A program made the translations under genes and the position numbers. Of a stretch of DNA of 64,000 bases, positions 19,227 through 27,839 are shown in pieces. Each line of letters begins with the position of its first letter. Within the stretch, counting starts at the first letter, position 1. The notes below the pieces were generated by a model. It was not told the origin of the DNA. It saw only the letters and a list, made by a program, of their open reading frames with translations, and made no database searches. Origin of the DNA: Escherichia phage teqhad; the sequence record NC_054933.1; one strand, written 5' to 3'.

Positions 19227-19686
19227 TTATTTTACCTAAAACAATAGTAGGAGCATTGTCAAATTTATGAATTTTTAGCAAATTTGGATTTAAATTATTC
19301 CATAAAGAGGTAATAAAATATGATAGCGCACTTTCGTCCGTAATTATAAATTTATTTCCTTTATCTATTTTCCAATCATATATTGAATCATATGAATAGA
19401 AGGATAACGGTTTATTATTATAATATGCTTCAGCAACATCAATATAGTTAGATTTAGTAAATGCTTGAATTGCCATAAATGGAGAATTTTGTACAGTTTC
19501 AATAATTCCGATCTTTTTAAGTTTTATTTCAACATCTTCTGGAATTGGCATTGAAATAAAATCTTCTACTAGATACATGTTATTGTCATATCTTTTATCA
19601 ATCATTACTGCTACTGTAATTGGAACATCCTTGACAAACGCCATACTAATGCTATTGATAGACATTTCAAACAAAATTGCTTCCAT
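19201..19686 (-). CDS. hypothetical protein (161 aa)
   Basis: Track ORF starts at TTG; the ATG at 19686 follows GAGGAAAATT. Confidence 0.5.
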   Translation of the reverse strand: MEAILFEMSINSISMAFVKDVPITVAVMIDKRYDNNMYLVEDFISMPIPEDVEIKLKKIGIIETVQNSPFMAIQAFTKSNYIDVAEAYYNNKPLSFYSYDSIYDWKIDKGNKFIITDESALSYFITSLWNNLNPNLLKIHKFDNAPTIVLGKINESSQEDS

Positions 19687-19694
19687 AATTTTCC

Positions 19695-20036
19695 TCAATC
19701 ACAAGATGTAGATGAACAACTAGAATCACAAGAACTTCCGCATGAATCACCTGCCCATACATGAACAGGAACATTAGTATCATATGAATCAGAACTAGAC
19801 TGTGTATTCTGTGTGTTAGATGATGTAGTAGGTACTGACCAGCGCCAAGGATTTTTATAATATTCTTGGGCTTCTTCATAAGTCATAGTAACTGCTTCTA
19901 CTGTTCCATCTCCCATATAAACATATTCAACTACAGTTAAAGGGAGATAGTCATTTGAAATAGGAACTACACCTTCCCCAGGAGTTGTAGAGAAAAAATC
20001 CGTAAAGAAACTTTTAAACCAATTAAAGATAAACAT
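19695..20036 (-). CDS. hypothetical protein with Cys/Ser-rich C-terminal tail (113 aa)
   Basis: C-terminus ...[19 protein letters not shown]. Confidence 0.5.
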   Translation of the reverse strand: MFIFNWFKSFFTDFFSTTPGEGVVPISNDYLPLTVVEYVYMGDGTVEAVTMTYEEAQEYYKNPWRWSVPTTSSNTQNTQSSSDSYDTNVPVHVWAGDSCGSSCDSSCSSTSCD

Positions 20037-20242
20037 TACAAAAAGCCTCTTTTGAATTCAACTTGTTTATCGCCATAATCATATCGAATCTCTGCATTAA
20101 ATTCGACAGAGCCATCTGCGTACATCATAAATGAATGCACAACAACTTCTGTAGACCATGGTTGTAGTTCATATTTCTTCATTACATGCCGTGAAATGAT
20201 AATATCTAAATCTTCATTTGGTTTAATCCAGCGATTTAACAT
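20036..20242 (-). CDS. hypothetical protein (68 aa)
   Basis: Track ORF; GAGGAG SD; early promoter upstream. Confidence 0.5.
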   Translation of the reverse strand: MLNRWIKPNEDLDIIISRHVMKKYELQPWSTEVVVHSFMMYADGSVEFNAEIRYDYGDKQVEFKRGFL

Positions 20243-20266
20243 AGTGCTCTCCTCTATAAGATAATT

Positions 20267-20298
20267 CTATTATACCATACTCATTGTGGAAAGTAAAC
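20267..20298 (-). promoter_or_regulatory. T4-type early promoter
   Basis: Minus strand GTTTACTTTCCACAATGAGTATGGTATAAT. Confidence 0.55.
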
Positions 20299-20303
20299 CG
20301 GTA

Positions 20304-20335
20304 AAATGAAAAAGGACTCCCGAAGGAGTCCTTGA
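20304..20335 (-). terminator. intrinsic terminator (GGACUCC-UUCG-GGAGUCC plus U-tract) downstream of soc
   Basis: Minus-strand RNA AAGGACUCCUUCGGGAGUCCUUUUUCAUUUU. Confidence 0.6.
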
Positions 20336-20339
20336 ATTA

Positions 20340-20576
20340 TTAACCACCTATTTCTGTTGGCGTAAACATTGCAGCATTCTTAGTTTTCCAGTCAGCTGCA
20401 TCAGAAACTACAGTAGAATATGCCGCCTTTTCAGAAGGAAAGGTCTGATAATGAGAATCTGCAATACGATGCTCGTTAGAATAGATTTCAAACGGAACAG
20501 AAACTTCCATACCTTTAACTTCTTTGCCTTCACCCGCTGGATGAGTAAAGGTCTTGATGTTAACGAAACCACCCAT
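20340..20576 (-). CDS. soc: small outer capsid protein Soc (78 aa)
   Basis: ...VNIKTF...HYQTFPSEKAAYSTV... matches the remembered T4 Soc; late promoter upstream. Confidence 0.8.
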   Translation of the reverse strand: MGGFVNIKTFTHPAGEGKEVKGMEVSVPFEIYSNEHRIADSHYQTFPSEKAAYSTVVSDAADWKTKNAAMFTPTEIGG

Positions 20577-20607
20577 AATAAACTCCTTTATTGTTTAATT
20601 ACAGGTG

Positions 20608-20615
20608 TATTTATA
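20608..20615 (-). promoter_or_regulatory. late promoter TATAAATA upstream of soc
   Basis: Plus-strand tatttata, i.e. TATAAATA on the coding strand about 30 nt upstream of the soc ATG. Confidence 0.6.
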
Positions 20616-20785
20616 TCAGTCTTCAATGAAAACTTGTGCCAGGAATTCGTGTTCATCTTGAATTTGTTTATATAAAGCCATTACAGCATTTATATTAGAG
20701 CTATCTACTTTAAGTTGATAAGCATACCACTCGTGTAAATTAATTAAAGCTTTTTGACGTCTAATAAATTCTTCTTTGGATATTT

Positions 20786-20986
20786 TCATTTTGAATGCTC
20801 TATAATTAATTTTAAGGCTTTTTCACTGACAAAAATTTCATCAGGACCTTCTTCTACAACCCAATCAACCGTACGAAGCTGATTAGATAAGAGCTCACAT
20901 ACGAGCTCCTTGTCATAATCTTTAAATAGCTGGTCAATACGTTTCTTGCGGGCTTTCTTAAGCTGGCGTTTATTTAAACGAGCCAT
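20786..20986 (-). CDS. hypothetical basic protein (66 aa)
   Basis: Track ORF; its start codon overlaps the gene 56 stop. Confidence 0.45.
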   Translation of the reverse strand: MARLNKRQLKKARKKRIDQLFKDYDKELVCELLSNQLRTVDWVVEEGPDEIFVSEKALKLIIEHSK

Positions 20987-21504
20987 TAATAGCCTCTGTC
21001 TTGACGAGCGAAATTTTCAGCATTTTTCAGATAATAAAGTTTAAAGATTTCTTCAGCTGACATTCCAAGAGCAATGAATTTATTCATGAAAAAGTGAAAT
21101 TGATCAATCAGTTCAAATTTAATTTCAAGTTGATCTTCAGGAGATAAATCTTGAATTTTCTTGGATTGCATTTCAGCATAACGTTTCTTCCAAGGTTTCC
21201 ATACAGCAGAAGCTTCTTTTTCACCATTACTCATACCACCAAGAGAAGTATATAGCTCGCGAGTTTCGTCTGCGATATAATCGTCTTGGTTTCGCAACCA
21301 AGCAAGAACTTCTCCTGCGGTTTCAAGTGAATCAGGATGACGATTTGTTTCTGGTTTATCATTAGCCAAACGAATCTGTAAATGCCGCTGCATGTCAAGC
21401 ATAACTTGTAGTGGGTCAATATTGTGCATAATATTCTCAGCATATGCACGATTTGCTTTATCAACACCTTCGATCAAATGAGCACATTCATTAAAGTGAG
21501 CCAT
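20986..21504 (-). CDS. 56: dCTP pyrophosphatase gp56 (MazG-like, 172 aa)
   Basis: MAHFNECAHLIEGVDKANRAYAENIMHNIDPLQ...; the ATG at 21504 has AAGGAAA SD, so the longer track ORF is an N-terminal over-extension. Confidence 0.85.
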   Translation of the reverse strand: MAHFNECAHLIEGVDKANRAYAENIMHNIDPLQVMLDMQRHLQIRLANDKPETNRHPDSLETAGEVLAWLRNQDDYIADETRELYTSLGGMSNGEKEASAVWKPWKKRYAEMQSKKIQDLSPEDQLEIKFELIDQFHFFMNKFIALGMSAEEIFKLYYLKNAENFARQDRGY

Positions 21505-21575
21505 TATTTTTCCTTTCAATTCATGGGTTAGTAGATTAATTATACAATAAATATATAAAGCAATAAGGAGGACAT

Positions 21576-21776
21576 ATGGTACAAAAATTAATGGCACTTG
21601 TTAATGCCATCAAAGGTAATAAAAAGCGTATAGCTTTTACTATTTCTGCTATGGTAGGAATTTTACTCTGGAACTTTATTTTATCACCTGTTGCAATTGC
21701 ACATGGTATTAATATTCCAGTAGTTACTCTTGATACATTCGTAGATTTAGCATTTGCTTTAGTTGGGTTAATTTAA
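21576..21776 (+). CDS. small membrane protein on the plus strand (66 aa, two predicted TM segments)
   Basis: AAGGAGG SD 4 nt before the ATG; hydrophobic; convergent with gene 61. Confidence 0.45.
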   Translation: MVQKLMALVNAIKGNKKRIAFTISAMVGILLWNFILSPVAIAHGINIPVVTLDTFVDLAFALVGLI

Positions 21777-22801
21777 ATCTTAGCATATTTAGATAGCCGC
21801 ATTTTAGCCATCAACCCCTGGGCAATATTATTTTTCATATATTCCATAATTTGTTCAGGGGTTGCACCTTCCTTTCTAATCATATCATTAACATCTTTTG
21901 ATTTCCAGGGAGATTTATCCCAAAACATAACCCTTTCTCCTGCATCAACCAATTTAGTCATTCGTTTAATAGTGTCAGGGTGACGAGGTTCATTATCTAA
22001 AACCCACACACGTCTATCTTTAAATGGAACAACTTCTAGGTCTAATTGACCACCCGTAATAGCTATACCATTTTCAATAAAAAGTGAATCTATAGGTCCT
22101 TCTAGAACATATACATCACCATCTTTAACTCGTTCGACTCCATATATTTTTGTTGCCTCAGGATAAGCTTTAATGGTGATATATTTTTGAGGAGCATCTT
22201 TCTTTAATGCACGTCCTTGAAAAGACTCAGCTTTTCCGTTAGCATTATAAATTGGAATAACAAGACGAGGCTCAGGTATTTCCTTTTTATATGTTCCCGG
22301 TGCTATGCTATTAACCAATTTAGGCCATTCGGTTGTAAACCAAAGATATTTCCATTTATCCTTTGGAATACAACGAGCTTTTACATATTTTATAATTGGA
22401 TGGTCTTCCGCCAGTTTATCTAATCTAATACATGACGGAAGAAATTTAATTATTTTCTTCTCGGGTTGTTTAGGAAGTTCTTTAGGTTTTTCTACTGGAC
22501 GACTTTTACCTTTTTCTTTTCTTATTTCAAAGATATACTCACGATATAAATCAGGTTCAAACTCCTTTAAATATATTCCGATTGGTGCATGATAGTTACA
22601 GTTATAACAATGAATATTTCCTTCATTATTATCACCATAATACCATCCACGAGCTTTATTCTGGTCGGTTTTTGAATCTCCACAAACAGGGCATCTAAAC
22701 CGCAATTTAAAAGTTGAACTATTATTTACTTGTGTGAATTTAGGTAAATGAGCTAATGCACGGTATGCAAATTCATTATCAATCCAAGGTATTGATGACA
22801 T
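21773..22801 (-). CDS. 61: DNA primase gp61 (342 aa)
   Basis: Zn-ribbon CPVCGDS...CYNC plus TOPRIM region; 342 aa as T4 gp61. Confidence 0.9.
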   Translation of the reverse strand: MSSIPWIDNEFAYRALAHLPKFTQVNNSSTFKLRFRCPVCGDSKTDQNKARGWYYGDNNEGNIHCYNCNYHAPIGIYLKEFEPDLYREYIFEIRKEKGKSRPVEKPKELPKQPEKKIIKFLPSCIRLDKLAEDHPIIKYVKARCIPKDKWKYLWFTTEWPKLVNSIAPGTYKKEIPEPRLVIPIYNANGKAESFQGRALKKDAPQKYITIKAYPEATKIYGVERVKDGDVYVLEGPIDSLFIENGIAITGGQLDLEVVPFKDRRVWVLDNEPRHPDTIKRMTKLVDAGERVMFWDKSPWKSKDVNDMIRKEGATPEQIMEYMKNNIAQGLMAKMRLSKYAKI

Positions 22802-22803
22802 TT

Positions 22804-22968
22804 TTACTCTTCTTTTTCTTTAGATTCCTCTTTTTTCTTTTTAGGAATCTGTTCAGGACCTTTATTTACTACAGCGCCTGATGTTGTTCCAGTAGAGATA
22901 TTTTCAGGACTACCACCTGAATCTCCAGCGACCATATCTTCTTTGATAAATTCTTTATATGTTTTCAT
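22804..22968 (-). CDS. small hydrophilic protein (54 aa)
   Basis: Hand-translated MKTYKEFIKEDMVAGDSGGSPENISTG...; its start lies inside repeat copy 1. Confidence 0.35.
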   Translation of the reverse strand: MKTYKEFIKEDMVAGDSGGSPENISTGTTSGAVVNKGPEQIPKKKKEESKEKEE

Positions 22969-22969
22969 A

Positions 22970-23326
22970 TTAACCTCTATTCATAAAAGCATTAAAAATT
23001 TGGTCATCAATAGATAGTGCAGTAATATTTTCTGCATCATTTAGCAAATCATTAATTTCATCAGATAGCATAACACATGTACCTTTATTTCCTGTAATTG
23101 TTACTGCGCAATTACGAACGTTTTCTTTATTAAATTTTAGGTTAATATTTTCGTAATGAAAATCCTTTAATGCTGAATATATTTTTAAAATAAAATTGTC
23201 TTTTACTACAATAAACCCAACCTCACTATTAAAACGTGGTTCATGGAAACTGTAATAAACCTTTTCATCTATAAAATCGTATGAAATTTTTTCCATTTTT
23301 AAATATGAAAATTCAGAACTATACAT
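22970..23326 (-). CDS. 61.1-like hypothetical protein (118 aa); paralog of the C-terminal half of the next gene
   Basis: Ends ...SIDDQIFNAFMNRG; GFIVVKDNFILKIY aligns to GGIFVKDNRITRIIY in 23328..23954. Confidence 0.55.
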   Translation of the reverse strand: MYSSEFSYLKMEKISYDFIDEKVYYSFHEPRFNSEVGFIVVKDNFILKIYSALKDFHYENINLKFNKENVRNCAVTITGNKGTCVMLSDEINDLLNDAENITALSIDDQIFNAFMNRG

Positions 23327-23327
23327 A

Positions 23328-23954
23328 TTAATCTCTATTCATAAAAGCATTAAAAATTTGGTCATCAATAGAAACATTTACTTTAGACTGTTTTTCAGAT
23401 GGCAATTCATATCCACATATTACAATTTTATGATCAATATCAAAATACACAGAAGCAATATGATTAATGCTGTTTTCAGTAAAGTCTAAATCAACATCAA
23501 TATCTTTTTGACCAAAGCCCAAAGGATAAATAATGCGAGTAATTCGATTATCTTTAACAAATATTCCACCGACATACTCTGTGCTGCGTTTAAAGTCTAC
23601 ACGCCGACGAAATGAAAAATATTCAGGCTCTTTATGAGCTCGGCTCATAGGGCACAACGAATAACTAGAATAAGAGATGTCAAATCCTACGCCTTCAATA
23701 TGAACTAAATTGTCATGATTAAACCAATTATAATCATATGCCAAGTCCATTAGATTGTCATATGTGAAAGGCACCGGATTAACATCATTGGTCACAAGCA
23801 TATAATTAGCAACTGCTATAATTTCATTATTTTTAACGAATACAAACCGTGATTGATGCGAATGACCTGGACCCGCGTTTTCACGATTAATGATATAACA
23901 CTGGGCACCTTTATATTTGTATGTATCTTTGCACTTGTGCATTTGATAGAGCAT
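23328..23954 (-). CDS. 61.2-like hypothetical protein (208 aa)
   Basis: Ends ...SIDDQIFNAFMNRD; AGGTGA SD. Confidence 0.55.
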   Translation of the reverse strand: MLYQMHKCKDTYKYKGAQCYIINRENAGPGHSHQSRFVFVKNNEIIAVANYMLVTNDVNPVPFTYDNLMDLAYDYNWFNHDNLVHIEGVGFDISYSSYSLCPMSRAHKEPEYFSFRRRVDFKRSTEYVGGIFVKDNRITRIIYPLGFGQKDIDVDLDFTENSINHIASVYFDIDHKIVICGYELPSEKQSKVNVSIDDQIFNAFMNRD

Positions 23955-24247
23955 TATTCACCTACCACTTCAGCGATGATATTTTTATTATTAAAGTTTT
24001 TATCGCAATACAGAACATAATTATACTGCATTACACCACCAGACTTAAGCTGTTTTTGCACTTCGGCTTTCATTTCAGGACGATCGCGCTCAACGATATT
24101 CATAATATCTGCTTCAATTTGGGTTTCAACCTCAGTCTGATCAGCAGTCATAGACCATTCGCACAAATCTTTATCATAACCTGCCATAGCAGGCTGAGCA
24201 GCACAAGAAGCTAAAGCAAAAATTGCAGCAAAGATAAATTTTTTCAT
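23954..24247 (-). CDS. sp: Spackle-like periplasmic protein (97 aa, signal peptide)
   Basis: Signal peptide MKKFIFAAIFALASCAAQPAMA; 97 aa as T4 sp; position between 61.2 and 61.4. Confidence 0.6.
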   Translation of the reverse strand: MKKFIFAAIFALASCAAQPAMAGYDKDLCEWSMTADQTEVETQIEADIMNIVERDRPEMKAEVQKQLKSGGVMQYNYVLYCDKNFNNKNIIAEVVGE

Positions 24248-24305
24248 GATAATCTCCTCAGTAGTTTATGTTTATAATATCTCAATTTCCAATAAAAGTA
24301 AACAG

Positions 24306-24563
24306 TTATTTTAAAACTTCTGCATAATCACATGTTACAAACTGTTTCTCTAGCTTGACGATTTTACGAAAATACCTTTTGCATTGACGAATCTGCCGCT
24401 TCGTAGGGCGAACAGCAAACTTAATAAATTCCACTCGACCAAATGGAGGGCTTTCTTCTGCTGGAATATCTAACACCAATTCCCACGTATCTGCAATAAG
24501 TGCTTTGAATTGCGTATTTTTCCTGGCGTTATACGGAGTAGGTTTAAATAAAACAATATGCAT
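24306..24563 (-). CDS. 61.4-like small protein (85 aa) adjacent to dmd
   Basis: GAGGAT SD; TAATG coupling to dmd. Confidence 0.5.
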   Translation of the reverse strand: MHIVLFKPTPYNARKNTQFKALIADTWELVLDIPAEESPPFGRVEFIKFAVRPTKRQIRQCKRYFRKIVKLEKQFVTCDYAEVLK

Positions 24564-24564
24564 A

Positions 24565-24747
24565 TTATCCTCGGCAATCTACTTCACATACTTTCTTGTC
24601 ATCAATGAAAGCTTTAACTAATGCTTTATTAACTTCAGCATATTGAGTAGTAGCCCATTGAACGTCATCTTTCATCATTGTGATTTCTTTAGTAAACATG
24701 CTTTCATTCTTAAACCACCCCATAAAAACTACCTTTACCAATTCCAT
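24565..24747 (-). CDS. dmd: Dmd (60 aa)
   Basis: MELVKVVFMGWFKNESMFTKEITMMKDDVQWATTQYAEVNKALVKAFIDDKKVCEVDCRG matches my memory of T4 Dmd; the track ORF is extended 5 codons at the N-terminus. Confidence 0.75.
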   Translation of the reverse strand: MELVKVVFMGWFKNESMFTKEITMMKDDVQWATTQYAEVNKALVKAFIDDKKVCEVDCRG

Positions 24748-24774
24748 AACAATCTCCCCCATTTAACCAACAAG

Positions 24775-24807
24775 ACTACTATACCATAGTCTTGTCAGCT
24801 TGTAAAC
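24775..24807 (-). promoter_or_regulatory. T4-type early promoter upstream of dmd
   Basis: Minus strand GTTTACAAGCTGACAAGACTATGGTATAGT. Confidence 0.5.
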
Positions 24808-26234
24808 TAAAATTTTAATTCATTTGCCAAAGCATCTAACTGGGCTCGAGTGGATTCATTTCTTTGATAGCGATTCTGCTCAGCCTGAATCTGTTGTGAA
24901 CCTGCTACTTCGTTCACTTCAGTTGGAGTAGAATCTTGCTCAATTTCTACCCATTTCTGATTTCCTTTTTGAACACCCATCAAAAACTTATTCCATTTAT
25001 TCTTATCGCCATATCGTGATTTGATTTGCTTAATGAGTTGTTGTTCAGCAGCTGCTAACTCCTCGGTTTCAATGACCGCAAGCATAAAATCGGCTGTTGC
25101 TGGAAGACCGGCAGATTCTGCAATATCGCTCATGTTAACATCAGAAGAATCCCAAGCTTGTTTGCCGACCTGTGCTGCAGTCCAAAGAACAGTTTCGGTT
25201 TCAACAGCCAGAGCACGCAATTCCTCTGCAATAGCTTTAACAGTCGTGTAACTATTTTCTGAATAAACTCTAATGCGGCAAGATTTACAAATACCCAGAT
25301 AGTCAACAATAATGATTGTTGGAACAAAATTCTTCTTGAGCTTCAATTCGTTTAAAAGAGATCGAAATGTATTAGCGTCTGCTCCACCAGTAGGATACTG
25401 TTTAACGATTAAACGACCGAGAGTAGATTTCTCACGCCATTTTTCCATTTTTCCTTTATACTCAGCGTAAGAAATATGCCCATCATCAATGTCATCAAGA
25501 GAAACATCAAGCATATTAGCATCAATACGTTTAGCACAGACTTCTTCTGCCATTTCCATGGAAATGTAAAGAACATTATGTCCAAGCTGCAAATAATCTG
25601 CTGCTAATGAACACAATCCTAATGACTTACCAACGTTAACGCCAGCCATTAAAACGTTCAGCGTTCCAGTCTCAGCTCCGCCTTTAGTAATTTTGTTTAG
25701 AATTCTGAGTTTAAATGGAACCTTACGAGCTTTATTCATATAAGATAGCCAACGTGCTTCGTAGTCATCCATCCAATCATGACCAACGTAGCTATCAAAT
25801 GAAATTGATAATGCTTGACGCATAATGTCAGGAATAGCACCAACATCCGGCATTTTCTTATTTCGTTTTTCCGGAGGAAGCTCAGCATTAGTTTGAATTT
25901 CGATTATTTTAGACGTAGCATTAAACATCGCCCTTTGCTGAACATATTTTTCTGTTTCTTTTATTAACCAACTGTGGTCTTCCGGAGAATCAGCCAGTTT
26001 TGAAATAAGTGTTTTTACACCAGAATATTCTGTTTCAGTAAATGAACTATTTTCTAATGCAACATTTAACGCATTAATAGATGGAACGCTATGATACTCA
26101 TTAACATGAGATTTAATTAATTTGAATGTATTTTTAGCTGGACCACTTTCAAAATATTCTGAATCCATATATGGCCAAACTTTTGAAAAATAAGCTTGAT
26201 CAAATATGAGATGAGAAAGAATAATTTCTACCAC
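24807..26234 (-). CDS. 41: replicative DNA helicase gp41 (DnaB-like, 475 aa)
   Basis: Walker A GVNVGKS; 475 aa; GTG start 5 nt after AAGGAG. Confidence 0.92.
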   Translation of the reverse strand: MVEIILSHLIFDQAYFSKVWPYMDSEYFESGPAKNTFKLIKSHVNEYHSVPSINALNVALENSSFTETEYSGVKTLISKLADSPEDHSWLIKETEKYVQQRAMFNATSKIIEIQTNAELPPEKRNKKMPDVGAIPDIMRQALSISFDSYVGHDWMDDYEARWLSYMNKARKVPFKLRILNKITKGGAETGTLNVLMAGVNVGKSLGLCSLAADYLQLGHNVLYISMEMAEEVCAKRIDANMLDVSLDDIDDGHISYAEYKGKMEKWREKSTLGRLIVKQYPTGGADANTFRSLLNELKLKKNFVPTIIIVDYLGICKSCRIRVYSENSYTTVKAIAEELRALAVETETVLWTAAQVGKQAWDSSDVNMSDIAESAGLPATADFMLAVIETEELAAAEQQLIKQIKSRYGDKNKWNKFLMGVQKGNQKWVEIEQDSTPTEVNEVAGSQQIQAEQNRYQRNESTRAQLDALANELKF

Positions 26235-26243
26235 ACTTACTCC

Positions 26244-26588
26244 TTAAAAGAATTTAAATTTTTTCTTTGACCTTTTATTAAATGCATCTTGCAGTTGCAT
26301 TGTAATACATTTTTCTACATGAGGAGCTAACTCAGCTTTTCTTTCTTGGTCAAGAACAGCAAAGTCCATTACAACCTTTCCATCAACCCAATCCAGTTTA
26401 GTTACATACACTATATGTGTAGAACCATCTTCTAGTTTAATGACAATCTCCTGGATAACATTTTCCATAGCGGATTTAATTATCTTAAGAGATTCATTAA
26501 AAAGACGTTCTTTTCTTTCTTCTTCCCCCTCCGAAGAGGGGGATTCATCGATAATTTCTAGATCTAAATCTAAATCATCTTTATTCAT
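26244..26588 (-). CDS. 40: gp40-like protein (114 aa)
   Basis: Track ORF 26244..26606; the ATG at 26588 overlaps the uvsX stop; size matches T4 gp40. Confidence 0.55.
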   Translation of the reverse strand: MNKDDLDLDLEIIDESPSSEGEEERKERLFNESLKIIKSAMENVIQEIVIKLEDGSTHIVYVTKLDWVDGKVVMDFAVLDQERKAELAPHVEKCITMQLQDAFNKRSKKKFKFF

Positions 26589-27762
26589 TAAATTCTTCCA
26601 TATCACTTAACTGTTCGAGGTCAGTTTCTAAATCAGCTGCTGATTTACTTTTACTTTCTGGAGATTTAAATTTTTCAACCTTTGAGTTAATCAATTCATC
26701 AACTTCAGCTTCAACAATTTCATTACTATCAATAGCACCTAACTGATAAGCACGTTTAATAGCATCTCGGAATGGTTGATGTTTAAATAAAGGACCCCAG
26801 AATGTAGTGCAGTTGGTATCTTTTGCACGCCAAGATTTTTCTTCACGAATCATCTCGCCGGTTTCTTCATCAAGAAATTCACGAGCATACCAGCCATTTT
26901 TAGGTTTTACCACGAATCCTAATTCTAGAGCCATATCTAACAATCCAGAATAAGGATCAATACCACCGTCAAATTTAACATCAATAAAGAATTTACTTTT
27001 TTCTTTAACGGTACGAGATTTTTCTACATTTAGAACAAATTGATACCCCTGAAGATCAGAACCATCTTTAATCTGACGTTTACCGATAATGAATACAGTA
27101 TCAGCCGAATACATTACGCCTGTACCACCTGTCATCACGGTTTTACTAAACATTTCAATTGTTTCAATTGTATGGTTAACCGCAACACATGGAATATTTT
27201 TAATGCTAAAATAAGGAGTAACAATACGGAATAATGACTTCAGTGATTTAGCACGAGTCATATCTGCCACAGATTTTTCATTCAAGGCATCTTCAGTTTC
27301 TTTCTTAGAAGCCATATTACCAATTGAGTCGATGAATACTATAACTTTTTCACCACGCTCAATAGCTTCAAGCTGATTCACCATATCAATTTTCAGCTGT
27401 TCAACTGACTGAATTGGCGTATGAATTACTCGTTCCGGGTCAACTCCCATGGATCGCAAATAAGCTGGAGTAATACCAAATTCACTATCATAGAATAGAC
27501 AAACCGCGTCAGGATATTTGTTCAAATATGCCGCAACCATAGTCAAAGACATATTTGATTTAAAGTGTTTAGAAGGACCTGCAAAAATAGTTAAACCAGA
27601 CTGCATGCCGCCATCAATCGCACCAGAAATAGCAATATTAAGCATTGGAATTTTTGTACGAATTACATCCTTTTCATTAAAGAATTTAGATGTAGTCAGT
27701 TCAGCAGTCATTTTAGAAGTGGAAGCTTTAATCAAACGGGATTTTAAATCTACAATAGACAT
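26581..27762 (-). CDS. uvsX: UvsX recombinase (RecA-like, 393 aa)
   Basis: Walker A GPSKHFKS and RecA fold motifs; acidic C-terminus. Confidence 0.92.
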   Translation of the reverse strand: MSIVDLKSRLIKASTSKMTAELTTSKFFNEKDVIRTKIPMLNIAISGAIDGGMQSGLTIFAGPSKHFKSNMSLTMVAAYLNKYPDAVCLFYDSEFGITPAYLRSMGVDPERVIHTPIQSVEQLKIDMVNQLEAIERGEKVIVFIDSIGNMASKKETEDALNEKSVADMTRAKSLKSLFRIVTPYFSIKNIPCVAVNHTIETIEMFSKTVMTGGTGVMYSADTVFIIGKRQIKDGSDLQGYQFVLNVEKSRTVKEKSKFFIDVKFDGGIDPYSGLLDMALELGFVVKPKNGWYAREFLDEETGEMIREEKSWRAKDTNCTTFWGPLFKHQPFRDAIKRAYQLGAIDSNEIVEAEVDELINSKVEKFKSPESKSKSAADLETDLEQLSDMEEFNE

Positions 27763-27839
27763 TCATTTTTTCCATAGGCATCATTATATTTTCCTCACTG
27801 GTTAAAGATAGAGTAATTATAACACAATAAATTTAGGCA

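Noticed and set aside
21231-21467. Minus-strand ORF 21231..21467 inside gene 56, and the 203-aa extended gene 56 ORF
   Set aside because: Alternative frame within the dCTPase gene; the extended N-terminus is hydrophobic junk upstream of the real SD and ATG.
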